Source: Hydrolagus colliei
Lineage: Eukaryota
NCBI GenBank assembly: GCA_035084275.1
Contig: CM068746.1
Coordinates: forward strand, 24,056,001-24,120,000
Reading direction: 5' to 3'
DNA: 64,000 nt
Part shown: positions 50,150 through 61,987 of the stretch, piece after piece
Layout: each line of letters starts with the position of its first letter
Numbering within the stretch: the first letter of the stretch is position 1
The notes under the pieces: model-generated
Database searches by the model: none
The model's input: the letters and a program-made list of their open reading frames with translations, nothing else
Told to the model about the DNA's origin: nothing
Translations under genes and position numbers: made by a program

Positions 50150-50460
50150 CTACATTAGCCTGACAATGTTCCTGGACCTCAAAATATTGCACCAGTGTGA
50201 CATTTCCATTTCCAACACCATCTATCTTTATGGCCTCTATGAATGAGATTGCCAAATTAGCATCAATTAGTGCCAAATTATGGGTAGTTGAGTCGACTAG
50301 TGCTGCTGAGTCGACCACTGCAAAATGGATTGAAACTGCCCAAGCTTATTTTGCTTATTTTTAACCGCCACCAGAGAGAGAAGCCTTTTGTTCCATCTGT
50401 TTGGGCTGAATTTGAACTCCACTCTCAGCAGTAAAAGGAAGCCATTGTATCTCATTGCAT
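50150..50460 (-). mobile_element. LF-SINE-like ancient tRNA SINE relic (tentative)
   Basis: Minus strand: ccttttactgctgagagtggagttcaaattcagccc and ttggcactaattg, motifs I recall from the LF-SINE consensus. A related 3' segment occurs at 47215-47335(-). Confidence 0.4.
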
Positions 50461-51054
50461 CACCCAGACCCAGTACATCATAAATTATCCAATCCAAAAT
50501 GAAGTGGGTGCCACAGAATGGATCAACATTTTTCAGAATTAAAGTTCAACCTCTACTTATTCTGTGCCTTTTAAAAATACTGTGGATGAATGAACTTTTT
50601 TCAGGCTTAAAGTTTTGTAAACTTTCGTTGGAAACGCATATGTAGAATATTTGAATTTAAAAACGATTATATCTTTGGGCCTGAACCGATGGCTCAATTA
50701 TTAAGTACACCGCCCAGTGTGTAATTCAACCATTGCAGGGTAAGAAGGTCATGGGTTCAATTCCTAGATGGGGCTGTGAAGGCTGATCTACGTCTGGCAC
50801 CAGCAAAGATGTTAAAATTGGTATTAATGGTTCTCTAGTGGAAAAATCAGCCAGCTCCTGACACACAGTAGAAACTATAAAAGGAGATAACAAGGGTGAC
50901 TCTGTGTGTCCAGGAGAAGGAATCCCAAATGATTTTTTTCACTTCCCAAGTTCACAACTACTGAGTCCAACTAGTGTCTCTACCTTGTTACTTACTGTGA
51001 GTTAACAGCACAGATAATGGTTCAGACATTGGACTTCCCTGCTTAGTGATACTG

Positions 51055-51695
51055 TAATAATAACTATTGCATTTCATATAGCACTTTATCGCATCTTTGA
51101 GACATCTCAAAGCACTTCACAGAATATGCTGTGAAGTGAATTGACTGTATATTTTGCGGGTGGTAGGCGGTAACTAATTGTACATAGCAGTGTCCCACAA
51201 ACTGGGGGATTGAGTTACCAATTTTTTAAAACTGATTACAGTAAAACCTCAATAATCCGACATTCCAAAATTTGGCAATTTCCTAAAACCGGCAAGATTT
51301 CAAAATACAAACAGTATAATTTTTTTCCTGTTGTCAGCAAATATCCCAAATTTCAGAACAGCTGTTTGCAGTTCCCAGCATAGCTGCTCTGTTATCTGGC
51401 ACTGTGGTTACTGCTCTGACATTGTTTGGCTTCAGTGCTGTGTTTACAGCACACGTGGTGTATGGAGCAGGACTTCCCCAGCCATTTAGATCCTAATACC
51501 GACAAACTCCAAAATCCAGGAGGTGAGTGGCCCAACCGTGCCGGATTATCGAGATTTTACTGTATTATCCATGGAAAAGTGATCTAGCCAATGACTGACA
51601 ACCAGGTGTCTACTTACTGCTAAGTAAACAGAGGCATGTGAGAAAGGAAACTTGCTCAACATTTTGCTCTGCCCAGGGCTCAAACCCAGGTCTTC
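51055..51695 (-). mobile_element. SINE family A, split by a MITE
   Basis: Tail and body at 51055-51230, head at 51635-51695 (ggaaacttgctcaac...caaacccaggtct). Confidence 0.7.
51239..51562. mobile_element. Non-autonomous Tc1/mariner-superfamily (pogo/Tigger-like) MITE, 324 bp
   Basis: 24-bp TIRs: cagtaaaacctcaataatccgaca versus reverse complement cagtaaaatctcgataatccggca (3 mismatches). TA target duplication at 51237-51238 and 51563-51564. Confidence 0.88.
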
Positions 51696-52829
51696 ATGCA
51701 TGCTAATTTGCAGTATAATCTACTAATACTTCAATTGATTTACATAGATTTACCTAGATTGTACAACATGATCCAGGCCATTTGACTCATTCATCCCATG
51801 CCTGTGTAAATACTACACATTAGTCTCCACCTTTTTCTTTCATTCCCTCACATGCTTCTGTACCCTTCTTTATCCAAGACACTATCCCTTATGAAGGATG
51901 CTATTTAAATGCAAGTTGACTAGCATATTTTTAACAAAACAAACAGTTACCATGCTTGACAGCAATTACTTGTGAAGCTGTATCAGATTTATGGATATTA
52001 ATCTGCATGATATAAAATCCAAAGATTAACTTTCATTAACATCACGGAACATCACTGATCTTCAAAAGAGTGAAATGCCTCTATATTTGGAATACGAGCT
52101 TAAGTGAATAAAGATTCCTTCATATTTTATATAAATTTATTTCTATGTAAGAATCAAAGGCAAAGAATCAAAGTCCCCAATATTAATGACATCCTATAAT
52201 GGTGTGGAAAAAAAGGAGGATTTCTGGAGATTACATTACGTAAAGGCAGCTTCCCCCTCCTTTCCTTCTATATCCCTTCAACAGCAAAAGAGCTAAAAAT
52301 ATTCACGTCAATTGTGGAAATTGCATCAATTTGTCTTGTTGAGCCCTTAACCAGACATCCTACTGCATGCATCTGGGCAGTCTCCAAAATCTAGGCAGTC
52401 ATTCCACGCAGGGAGATAAATACCAGAGGGTTTTGTTGCCCAGATCTTTCAGAGAGCTCGACAATTGATCCTGATTTTTAAATGGATATGTTTGTAGATG
52501 TGAAACTGCTATTTGACATCCTTGTTTAGGTTTGCAGCCTAATGCATATCCTTTGTTTGGTTTGGTTTTGTATAACCAGCATTTTCCTTCGACACATTGT
52601 CCAGAATGACACACTGCAAGGTGCCATGAACCTACAGTAACTCTATTGCTGTCCTATTCTCACAGACATGTGTGGATTATTTAAAGTGAGCAAGAACATC
52701 ATCTTCTTCATATTGTTAACATCTACTGGAGGAGTTTGGTGCAGCGCAACATTTGTCCCAAAACACAGTTACGTTACTTTACTTTACAGTGTATCCTGTG
52801 AAGCTCTTTGAGATGGCCTCCCAACATGA

Positions 52830-52953
52830 AATGTGGAGTAAGAAAACTTGCCAAAGGTTTTGCCCAGCCTGGAATCGAACCCAGGTCTCTTGCTTGTAAA
52901 GCGAGTGCGCTAGCCACTGAGCTACAGGACTCCATGAGCTACAGGACTCCACA
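52830..52953 (-). mobile_element. SINE family A head with tandemly duplicated 5' end
   Basis: tgagctacaggactcca occurs twice (52918-52934 and 52935-52951). B box reverse complement ggaatcgaaccc. Confidence 0.85.
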
Positions 52954-53107
52954 AGATCAGGTAAAGACTCCATCAGGTTTCCTTGTAAACAAGAACAGCA
53001 GACATTGGGGTGTTGCATTATGCACAATTACATCTGTATATGTGTCGCCTATCTGTTAATCAACAATATTGACACGATTGGTTCTGCACACAGCTGGACC
53101 CAAACTT

Positions 53108-53378
53108 GTGGAGTCCTGTAACTCAGTGGTTAGAGTACTCATCTCACAACCGAGAGACCTGGGTTTGATTCCCAGCAGAGCGAAACCTTGGGCAAGTTTC
53201 CTTACTCCACATAACTAATAATAATCCCTCAAAACAACACTGCTGTGCACAATTGGCTACCATATTTCGCCCACAAATGTATAGTCAATTCATTTTACAG
53301 TGTATTCTGTGAAACATTTTGAGACATCTAGAAGATGTGAAATGCGCTAAATCAAATGCAAGGATTATTATTATTATA
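53108..53378 (+). mobile_element. SINE family A with internal deletion
   Basis: tgtggagtcctgtaactcagtggttagag...tcaaatgcaaggattattattattat. Confidence 0.9.
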
Positions 53379-54289
53379 ACCGGACGGTTTTTAAGAACTT
53401 AACTGGCTGTTGCAGCTCAGCATTATTCTTTGTGCAGCAGGAGGCATGGCCTAATCCTAAAACCAGTATTAAACCTGAGTACAAGTCTTATTTCATATTG
53501 ACATATCCTGTAGAGCCCTGTTCATGCTTCAAATGCCCTTAAGATCACAATGAAACCAGGATGACCCAAACTCAACGTGCTTCCCTGTGGTTTACTGCGA
53601 GAGCTGCTATAGTCAGTTCATATCCTGGGAGGTATTCAATTAAATTAAATTACCTGCCCAATCCATGTGCTGACTTCCAATTTCTCGTTTAAAACCACAG
53701 GAGATTTACATCAAACATTTATATTAGCATGTTGTGAATCTCCTATTCCTGGCAGCCCCAAACAAAACGGAGGAAAAAGAGACCTGGGAGTTTTTTTTAA
53801 ACTTTGAAATCCAATCTGAGTAAATAATGTTCCACTTGTTTATGCTTCAACAGTTGCTGCAAATTAGTGAGAAAAGTGAATTTGCAGCCAAGCACAGTAT
53901 GGGTATCAGTGTTCAGCATCAAAAGTTGTTAACCAGTCACAAACAACAGCTTTGCATTAGGTGATAAGTAAATCTGTCCCAATGGGCTCTGCATAGAGCG
54001 ATCGATAAACAGAAGGAGCACTCAAAACCTACTGAATAATCATTTTAGCTCTGCTTTATCTGATCATGGAAAATCTAATCAGCTCTCTGACAAAGCATCC
54101 CAGCACATGGCTAAACTCTGATACTAATTCTCACTTTCATCTGTTTATCCAGTAATGGATTTGTTTTAATCCTGGGGAGAATCAGCATCCAAAATGAATC
54201 AGAGGCCCTGAAATTCCATCTAATCTCAGCCTGCATTACTATTTTGTCTTACAATATAACATTGTGAAGATCTAGGGAAGATTTTAATT

Positions 54290-54530
54290 CAGTTCTGATC
54301 CCATGGCATTATTTGAAAAAAGAAGGGAGTTTCTCTGTTGTCCTGGCCAACAAATCCCCCAAATAAAATTGGTCACGGCTTTTTGTGGGACATTGCTATG
54401 TGTAAACTGACTGCTGTGTTTTACCAAAAAAATACAGCGAATCCACTTTACAATATATCCTGTGAAGCCCTTTGAGATGCTTCAATGGCATGATAAGGCA
54501 TTATATCAAAAGCAAGAATTATTATTATAC
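54290..54530 (+). mobile_element. SacSINE1/Deu-type SINE 3' half
   Basis: gatcccatggcattatttgaa...tgtcctggccaac...tgtgggacattgct...tatcaaaagcaag. Confidence 0.75.
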
Positions 54531-54551
54531 CGGCTGCTTTATTGTTGAAGT

Positions 54552-54712
54552 AATTATAATAATAATCTAGCATTTGATGTAGCACTTTATCACATCTTCA
54601 AGACGTCTCAAAGTGCTTCATAGAATACATAATTCATAAAATGAATTGACTGTACATTTTGTGGGCGAAACGTGGAGGCAATTGCGCACAGCAGTGTTCC
54701 ACAAACAGTCGT
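54552..54712 (-). mobile_element. SINE family A 3' half
   Basis: aataataatctagcatttgat...caattgcgcacagcagtg. Confidence 0.82.
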
Positions 54713-54967
54713 ACTCTGAAATCCACTGGTAGCAGCAGGTCTGGGGATGTCACCACAGTTTGTTTTAACACCTCCATTCTCCTGCCATCAGTGTGCAGCT
54801 GACACTATTCTGGCTTCATATCAAAATAAATATAGGAAAGAGTGCAGAAAATTCACATTCCTTCAAGAGTTTTTTTTGGTCAGCCGAGTGTCTGACACAT
54901 GCAGAAACCCATTACCTTGCTTAAGTGTATCGAAACCAAACTCAGATTTCCATGCATCTCACTTACA

Positions 54968-55460
54968 CATGGAAATCCCAGAGATAGATTGTTGGAATCG
55001 GATGCACACTTTCTCCCTGGAGCAATACATCCTGCTTACCTAATGCTGGAAATTATTAGGTCAAGTTTGGCAAGAGCCCTGACATAAGGACTCCCGAGTG
55101 TATATTGGGGTACTGCTGGAATCTAACCAGCTAACAACACATTGCTTGCCATTGCTATTGCTCTCAGGTAAATTTTCCCGCTGCTTGTCCAGCAAGGACC
55201 ACCCTACTCATTAGGGCTTTGGCTTGCAGGCTTAACAGGAACTGAGTGGGATGATGTCCTGCCACCAGTGACTGGTCTGCCCTTCCAGATTCTGTCAATG
55301 AGCCAGGTTGGCTGTGCTGTCATTAGTGGTAAACTGGAGAACTGCAGACCCACCTGGCTCAGGAACCGGACTTCCGAGACTGCCACAGAGGGCTGGCTCA
55401 ATTTTGACATTCTGTTGCCAAACATGTTACCGTGGAGCTAGTTCAGCTCCAAAGAGACCC
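54968..55460 (+). repeat. Unnamed old dispersed repeat (family C), longest copy
   Basis: Shares motifs with 31103-31290(+), 56300-56550(-), 59330-59450(+) and 63800-63890(+). Confidence 0.6.
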
Positions 55461-56299
55461 CATTTACCTACCCCTCCCCCACCTATGCCCACTCCCCCCA
55501 CTTCACTCCCCACACTTCACTCCCCCCACACACACTCATCCCTACCCAAGGATAATATAGTAATCACTAGTTGGTCATTCCCTCATTGGAGACCCTGTTT
55601 ACCTCCCCCCAACCTCTCCCACCCCCTTCAAAAGACTATACAAGTCCAAAATTCAGCAAACAGTTGCTCTCAAGCATTGTCCCAGCTAAGAGGTTGTTAT
55701 TACTAAGGTATCAGAGCTGGAAATACAGTATGACTAGCGTCATCGGTGAAGCAACTGTATGTTTTGTTCAGATAGTGCAGACATCAGTTGTCAATAACCA
55801 AACTAGAGTAGTGATGGGGCAGATGGGGGCTGGTTGGAAGAGGAGTAGAAGCAGAGTGATTGCTTTAGCTAAAGGATTGCTGCTGGCTTAGCACCCAAAG
55901 TGATGACACATGTTAAGTCATCCAATTGTTCAGCAAGTTGGCTTGTAGCTATCTCACTGAATGCAATACTTGGAAGAAAAATAAATGAATCATTTGTTTG
56001 GTTTTAGAAGTAACAGAGACCGTGAGCCAGACGATGTAATGTAAAACAGAACCACTGTCCCTCAGACGAATAATAGCATTCTTATACTCCAATTATTCAG
56101 GGTGATTATTAGGGATGATTCCAATTGCAACACCAGATTAGTTATCATGTAATGCAAACCCCAAACAATTTCTCACCCCTCCCCAAAAATACCTGTGCCT
56201 ACTTCTCCTAATGGAAGGGATACTGAAGATAAGCAAAGTCTCTTTTGATGTGAACTGGCTCCAAGGTGATGTATTTCACAACAGAACAATGGAATCAAG

Positions 56300-56550
56300 T
56301 CAATCCTCTGAGCCAGTCAGGTTGGTAGTACTGTAGGGTACTGCTGATGACAGACCAGCTATGTTGACTCATGGACAAGACTTGGAGTGGCAAATCACTC
56401 ACCGGGAGCAGGGATTATTCCCATTCAGCTCTTGTTAACCCTGCAAGACAAGGTCATAAGGAGCACTATGGTCTTAGCTGGACAAGTAGTGGATGGGCTT
56501 GCCTGACAGTGTTCACAATGGCAAGTTACGTGGTTTTAGCTGGTTAACCA
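56300..56550 (-). repeat. Family C copy, inverted relative to 54968-55460
   Basis: ttcccattcagctcttgttaaccctgcaag matches the reverse complement of cttgcaggcttaacaggaactgagtgggat at ~55223-55252. gctggacaag and ttagctggtt also match. Confidence 0.55.
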
Positions 56551-56909
56551 CACTGCACAAGTGAGTTGGAAATGAATGCAATAATGCCAACAACTGCAAA
56601 GCTTTTTATTTGATTAGCTTTCATCATTTGGATTAATTAATAAATAATGGCATGTTTAACTGAAGAACAACAGAGCAAAGATGATTTAAACTCTATTCCA
56701 GTCATAAATTCAATGCATCAGTTTCTTGCTGTCACCAGCTGCAAATCTGCCTTTAAAACTTTCATTGCTTCATCTGATTCAAATGCATCAAGTGCTGGGC
56801 TGATGTGAGATAGAAATATTATCCACCAAGAGAGAATGAAAAAAAACCTGCACACTGCCATGGGATACCTCATAAATATATTACTGACTGAGAAATCAGA
56901 CACAGTAAC

Positions 56910-57048
56910 TGTCCAGTGCCTTTGGACATCCTCCTGATGTAAAAGGCGCTATACAAGTGTAATCTTCTATAGCTGGATAACCACAAGCACGACTACATTT
57001 TGCTCTGTTTGTAACTGTTTTAATCGTAATTGTACGTTGTTGTTGTAG
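56910..57048 (+). mobile_element. Tail-only L2 with a captured ~73-bp local duplication
   Basis: cagtgcctttggacatcctcctgatgtaaaaggcgctatacaagtgtaa [copy of 57634-57706] gttgttgttg. Confidence 0.72.
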
Positions 57049-58739
57049 TAACGGCATCTCAGAGCACTTTAAAGACCAATTTCACCAATATTGTGAAACA
57101 GATTGGGGAGAATTGCTCTGAATTATTATGCACATATTAACAGCCATCAAACCCTCTGAGACACCACCTTGCATGAAGGGTACTATATAAATTCAAGTTA
57201 TTGTTGGTCACTACAAAAAACATCCATTAATTTAGGTAACTGCACTTGGACAAACGAACCCCACCCAAACTGAGATCAGTTAACTCATGCAGGTAATGGT
57301 TCAAACCCGAGACTGTTCTGATCTGCTTGACTCAGCTAGTTTCTTACTTTTTTAAAGATGAAAACATGCCATAATTGTTATAAATAGAATGTCACAGGAG
57401 CTAGTATGATATGATAAACACAGCGTTATGGTGATTGTGAGCCTAGCCAGAAAGATCAGGAGTGCATTATAGTCACCCTTACCTGCGGAAATATTTGTTA
57501 CATTGCTTTCTCGTCTAAGACATGTCTCCAAATATTTTACAGGAATGTTATCCACCTTTTTTTTAAGGTTTCTAATCTCTGTTGTTCTACAGTGAGAATT
57601 ACACTATTTCTTTGCTCTGTTTGTTCACTTATTTCTTCTATAGCTGGATAACCACAAGCACGACTACATTTTGCTTTGTTTGAAATTGTTTTAATTGTAA
57701 TTGTACATTAATAAGTATATAGGCATAATATTTGACTAAAATCGTACAGTTTTTGTTCAAATGTTTGGAATGTTAACAAGTCTCACTTTCCTGATAGTGT
57801 TTCCCCTTTTATAAACATGAGAGATGTCCATTTGAATGGTAAATGAAATCTAATTGAATTCATTTAACCCATAGTTTTGTTATATATCATAAATGTGTTA
57901 CTGGGGGAGTTATGCTCAGAGAGTATAATTTGGTTGAACGCAGTATGCACAGTGCACTGTTAATGGGATTTACTATCCAAGTGCACATCACCAAAGAGCA
58001 TTAAATGTACTACAATAGTCACCTTCTGTACTGTGTGTCTTGAGAGTGTACGGTAGCAAGCTAATATGGAAATGACTACAAATGTTGGAACTGGTTCAAG
58101 CTAATTATAATCACATCAGTCCAGACTTCATCCTCTTTGCCTGCTAAATGGGTCTTTTGAATATCCAAAGGGGATTGATCCAAGCATGCTCATCCAGTTG
58201 CCTCTACGCTGGCCGTTTAAAGGCTGTCCAAATGGCAACATTTATTTTAAATTCTAATCAGACAGAATCTGATAATTAAAACAACATGTGTTGCAACAAC
58301 AATTCCTTGTGTTGCCCAAGTTGGAATTGGTTTCAAACATGGTGTGGTGTTTACAGAGTAACTATATATCATTTAATAGCGAATGTTTGATCTTTCAGCC
58401 CTTTATTAGCGATATTTTTTTTATTTCCAGAAGCAAAACTGACCTGTCAATTAATGTTTGCTCTCCGAATGTAAAAGTATGTACTGTATATCTGATTAGA
58501 TATAAAGTGTTACATTTATTTGGGGATTCTTAATTTTTGTAACTAACTTACTCCATTAATTTTGCTCTTCCTTCCTTCAAGTGCTCTGAAACCCTACCCT
58601 ACATGAGGAGCACTATATAAATGCACATTGTTTTTGTTGTTGTTGTGTAACTACTTTATTCCCTTATACTGAGATGTGGTAAACAAGCACCAACAAACCT
58701 TGAATAGCTTTGCCGAAGCCTCTATTTTTTGTGGGTGAA

Positions 58740-58960
58740 CCTTCAAACGAGATTCCATCTGCCTGTTCAGGTGGACGTTAACAATCTCATGGCACTCTTC
58801 AAAAAGAGATGGGAGTTTCTGGAAGGAATTCCCAGACATTGTGTGAGACGTTATGTGGCCATGTTCACCTACATAACACTTCACAGTGAATCCTATGAAG
58901 CACTTTGAAACATTTTCAAAGGTATGAGGGGCACAATATCAAATGAAATCATTATTATTA
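58740..58960 (+). mobile_element. SacSINE1/Deu-type SINE fragment
   Basis: atctgcctgttcaggtggacgttaacaatctcatggcactcttc plus tail. Confidence 0.72.
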
Positions 58961-60979
58961 TACACCAGATAAGTCAACCATTGCTTAACTTGTCACTACC
59001 ACTTAACTAGCCATGCTGTCAATTTATATCCCTACTGCTTCCTGTGCAAAATACCAATAAGGAACCCTGCTTTACTTGTCATTCTGCTTAACAGGTAACT
59101 AATCACACTCTAGAAATTTGTGTATGTACTTACAATGCAAAATTGATTGGATAACTCGTCCTATAAGATAGTGTCTTGTGTTACAAAAACCTCTCAATGT
59201 ATCCTGTGACTGATGCGGATGCTTGAAGGGGGTTAGGCGCGCATGCCACAGTGCTCTGGGAGGACATATGCCTAATTTAGCACTCTGGATAACTTGTCTC
59301 TGAGCCTTTTTCCCTTGGAGTGAGGATTTATCCGGAGTTTCCTGTAATAAGGATTAAGTTCCGGAGGCACACGCCCTGCTCACCCAATCCTGGAAAGCAT
59401 TAGACTGGCAAGATCTAAGGCTTGGAAATCCCAGGAGGGGTGTTGGGATTTAACAGTTTAAAGAATTATGATAAACTTTACATATTCATTGCATTTGGTA
59501 TAGAGCTTCATAGAGCCTCATTGAGATGTCACAAAGTGTTTCACAGGATTTTACTGTGAAGTGACTGTGTATTTGGAAACCAAAGTAACAGCTACTTTCA
59601 CACAGTCATGAAGTAAATAACCAATTTTATTGATGATTATATAATATCCACACATGCACACTTTACAACAGGGATTTCTGATAGCTTCTTTCCCCCAATA
59701 CTCTTGTCTCCTAAAAGTGTATGCAACAGTTTATGTAGTGGCATATAATATGGCATTTGCTGCTGTATGCAGTCATCTTAGAATGATAATACAGTCACAA
59801 CATACATGTGTGAGAGAGGTCGGGACAGAACAAGCACTGCCGTAACATGAATGTAGCATTATAAACGAGCGTTGTTTACTTCTATTGTTTGACTCATTAG
59901 TGCAGCATATAAAAGAGACAGTAGCACATAGAGTGGGATAGCTAATGGAAAGCTTGTTTCGGGTACGACAACTGTACTAACAGCTCTACAGTGATGGTCT
60001 AATGTTAGAAGCTAATATGGCATCAACTTTAAATTAACATTATTCCAATGTGCAACGTGGAGTTTTAATTGGTGGAAAGCATCATTTCAGGAAAGATTGC
60101 AAATAGGTCTGGAATTGCTGAGGTTAGAACTACCACACACAACAGTCCTTCACTAAACATTACACTTTCTACTTCAAATGGAGATACAAAGAGTATGCAG
60201 ATTCGATTTAGCTTGGTTTGAAGTGATTAAAAATACCTCGGATCCCCAGCACACACTGAGCAGAACATGTTGAAGGAATGCACTTTGTTGAGGCTTATGC
60301 ACTTCGACTTTTCTCAGTTCAGTTCATAAAAGCAGCTTTATGTAGAGAACAATACATAGGTAGGGGTGTTACAAGGCTATAGCCCAATTGGTGGGTGTGA
60401 AGATATCATAAAGTAGGAGATCAAAGCAGTGTATGTTATCTGAACCCCAGGATTGTACTTATTGACTTTTTTTATGGAAGTTGTAAATTCCTGACCTTCA
60501 GATCTACCTCAGATCAGTCTGGAGTGGCACTGGGGAATGCACATACAAGCCTCATTTAGTGAAATAAATCACAATATTAATAGTAGAGTATTACAAGGTT
60601 ATATTGTCAGAGTGATAGTGGGTCATTCAGTACTTGGTACCCGTTCAATCATAAATCTAATAACACACAGATTCTGTACAATAGATTCACTATCTGGTAT
60701 GCTGCTGTAAATTCAGTATCCTGTGTATGGATTAGATGAAATGTAAGTAATCTCACTCTGCATTTAGATTTAGCTGGTTCTTACAGCTGATATGGTTTGC
60801 CTTTATATATCTGAGTGTTTTAGAGATGTGATACTAAAATTTATTTGGTTTACCTTCTTACGTATGTGGGCGTGTTAAAAGACATGAACAGAGTGCTGGA
60901 CAACAGAACATTTTAAAGAAGCCAAGAAGGAATGTGGGTTACAGTATTGCTGTGTATGTGTGTACATCTTTCTCTTTCT

Positions 60980-61180
60980 CTGCACTCCACATGTTTGAAA
61001 CAATAATAAATTGGTCACTTCAATCCCAGAATGTTTGTGGGACACTCCTGTGCACAATTGACTGCCGCATTTCACCCACAAATATAGTCAATTCACTTTA
61101 CAGTATCTTCTGTCAAGCACTTTGAGACATTTAGAAGACATGAAAAGCGCTACATCAAATGCAAGGATTAGTATTATTAT
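60980..61180 (+). mobile_element. SINE family A 3' two-thirds
   Basis: ctccacatg...aataaattggtca...tgaaaagcgctacatcaaatgcaaggatt. Confidence 0.85.
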
Positions 61181-61371
61181 CTTTGTGGGTGATTGCTCGT
61201 TTGCACATGGGAACCCATAAAACTAGTCACAACACTTTGTAGTGATTACTGTAACACACTTTCAGGTAAGGTGCCACAGAAATACAAGTTTATTTATATG
61301 CAAGTGATTTGATAGGCAAATAAATAATATATACCGGTACATTCAAATCTTTATAGAATTCTTATTGTGGT

Positions 61372-61432
61372 GACAACAACAAAATTACACTTATATAGCA
61401 CCTTTCACGCCAGGAGGACGTCCCAAGGTGCT
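61372..61432 (-). mobile_element. Tail-only L2 insertion
   Basis: acaacaacaaaattacacttatatagcacctttcacgccaggaggacgtcccaaggtgct. Confidence 0.75.
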
Positions 61433-61764
61433 AAACAGTCACTGTTTCAGACAGTCATAATGCATCAAATACACCATCATTTATTTACATTGGCGTCCAA
61501 TTATTTACCAAAACAGTAAAGTAATTTAAATTATGACACTATTAGCTTAAAATAAAGAATGCCATATCATAAGTTTAACAACAGACCTCCCGAATATCTG
61601 GCACAAGTCCACGCTGATCCACTTTGCATTCCCAGAAATCAATTAAGACGAGTAGATCAGGTATTGAACAGCCAGACTATTCAAGCCTCACACTGGGACT
61701 TTGAACTCACAGTCTAAGTTGTTGCTTGATGCAATGCTTGTGTGTGGGAGTGGGGTGGGGGAGG

Positions 61765-61985
61765 GGACTACATTGATGGAGGTGCTGGCCTTTGGGTGAG
61801 ATGTTGAACCAAAGTCCTGTCTACCTATGCAAGTGAACATTAAAGATCTCCTGGCATTAATCAAGAAGGGAGGTTTCTCCCAATGTCCTGGCCAATAATT
61901 TTAAAAATTTAAACCAAACCTTATGAAGTGACTTGAGATGTCTCAACAACATGATAAGGGGCTATATCAAATAAAGGATTATTAA
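61765..61985 (+). mobile_element. SacSINE1/Deu-type SINE fragment
   Basis: ggaggtgctggcctttgggtgagatgttgaacc...taaagatctcctggca...tgtcctggccaat plus tail. Confidence 0.72.
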
Positions 61986-61987
61986 AA

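Noticed and set aside
55308-55891. Pro-rich 132-aa ORF and overlapping 106-aa ORF
   Set aside because: Produced by a low-complexity C-rich tract next to family C repeat; no domain or splice structure.
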